64,000 nt of DNA from an uncultured Gemmatimonadaceae bacterium (GTDB taxonomy: Bacteria > Gemmatimonadota > Gemmatimonadetes > Gemmatimonadales > Gemmatimonadaceae), in contig CAWBOC010000009.1 of the NCBI GenBank assembly GCA_963790305.1, forward strand, positions 704,001-768,000, read 5' to 3'. The position numbers and the translations under genes are program-made. The notes beneath the pieces are model-generated. The model had not been told where the DNA came from, searched no databases, and was given only the letters and a program-made list of their open reading frames with translations. Positions 63,549-64,000 of this stretch are shown piece after piece (the first letter of the stretch is position 1; each line of letters begins with the position of its first letter).

Positions 63549-63730
63549 GGCATCCAGGTTCAAAGTTGGGACGCGGATTACGCGGATGCAGCGGATCAGG
63601 CGGATCGCTCCAGGCGCATTGATCCCTCCTAGCGCTGGACCCAAGTTCAGAGTGCGGACGAGGATTCGCGCGGCACGATCCGGACCGCTTCATCCGCCGA
63701 ATCCGCGTCCCCACTTTGAACCTGGGTGCC
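63549..63730. repeat. 182-bp element with 31-bp terminal inverted repeats (MITE/REP-like)
   Basis: GGCATCCAGGTTCAAAGTTGGGACGCGGATT ... AATCCGCGTCCCCACTTTGAACCTGGGTGCC (2 mismatches); internal GCGGAT repeats. Confidence 0.8.
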
Positions 63731-63799
63731 AGCCCTATTGGACGCAGCGCCAATAGAGCTTACTAGCCGACGCGAGGCGCTCGCGCGACATTCCGCCCG

Positions 63800-64000
63800 A
63801 TGAAGATCGTCACTGTGGGCGGCGGGCCCGCTGGGCTGTATTTCGCGCTCCTGCTCAAGAAGCGCCGCCCCGACGCCGACATCATCGTGCTCGAGCGAAA
63901 CGCCCCCGACGACACGTTCGGATGGGGCGTCGTGTTCTCCGACCAGACGCTCGACAACGTCCGCGCCGCCGACGAGCCCACTCATCAGGCGATCAGCGAC
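63800..64000 (+). CDS. FAD-dependent monooxygenase (salicylyl-CoA 5-hydroxylase-like), 5' part only
   Basis: [16 protein letters not shown]...[15 protein letters not shown]. Confidence 0.88.
   Translation, partial: MKIVTVGGGPAGLYFALLLKKRRPDADIIVLERNAPDDTFGWGVVFSDQTLDNVRAADEPTHQAISD

Overview
GC-rich bacterial window. The gene content (Ser/Thr kinase plus TIGR02999-type ECF sigma, TonB receptor, DUF1080, glgC/glgA) suggests Gemmatimonadota, but this is inference. Roughly the first 22 kb is an integron-type gene-cassette array with no integrase in the window; intI/attI would be expected to the left. It contains 14 full-length, mutually similar 133-140 bp attC sites in two subfamilies, one foreign-type attC, and a trail of halved, collapsed and core-only attC remnants that become more eroded to the right. 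Cassettes carry two toxin-antitoxin pairs, small secreted or membrane proteins, inverted genes and several gene-less cassettes. Two gene-less cassettes and one gene-containing cassette share the same 5' and 3' scaffold, which is the most notable observation. The remaining ~42 kb is mostly ordinary chromosome: two-component systems, kinase/ECF pair, gluconate genes gntP-gntK-gnd, glycogen genes glgC-glgA, ArsR-SRPBCC and two palindromic repeat elements, plus one probable domesticated cassette near 44-45 kb. Product calls come from motif recognition by eye, not database searches.
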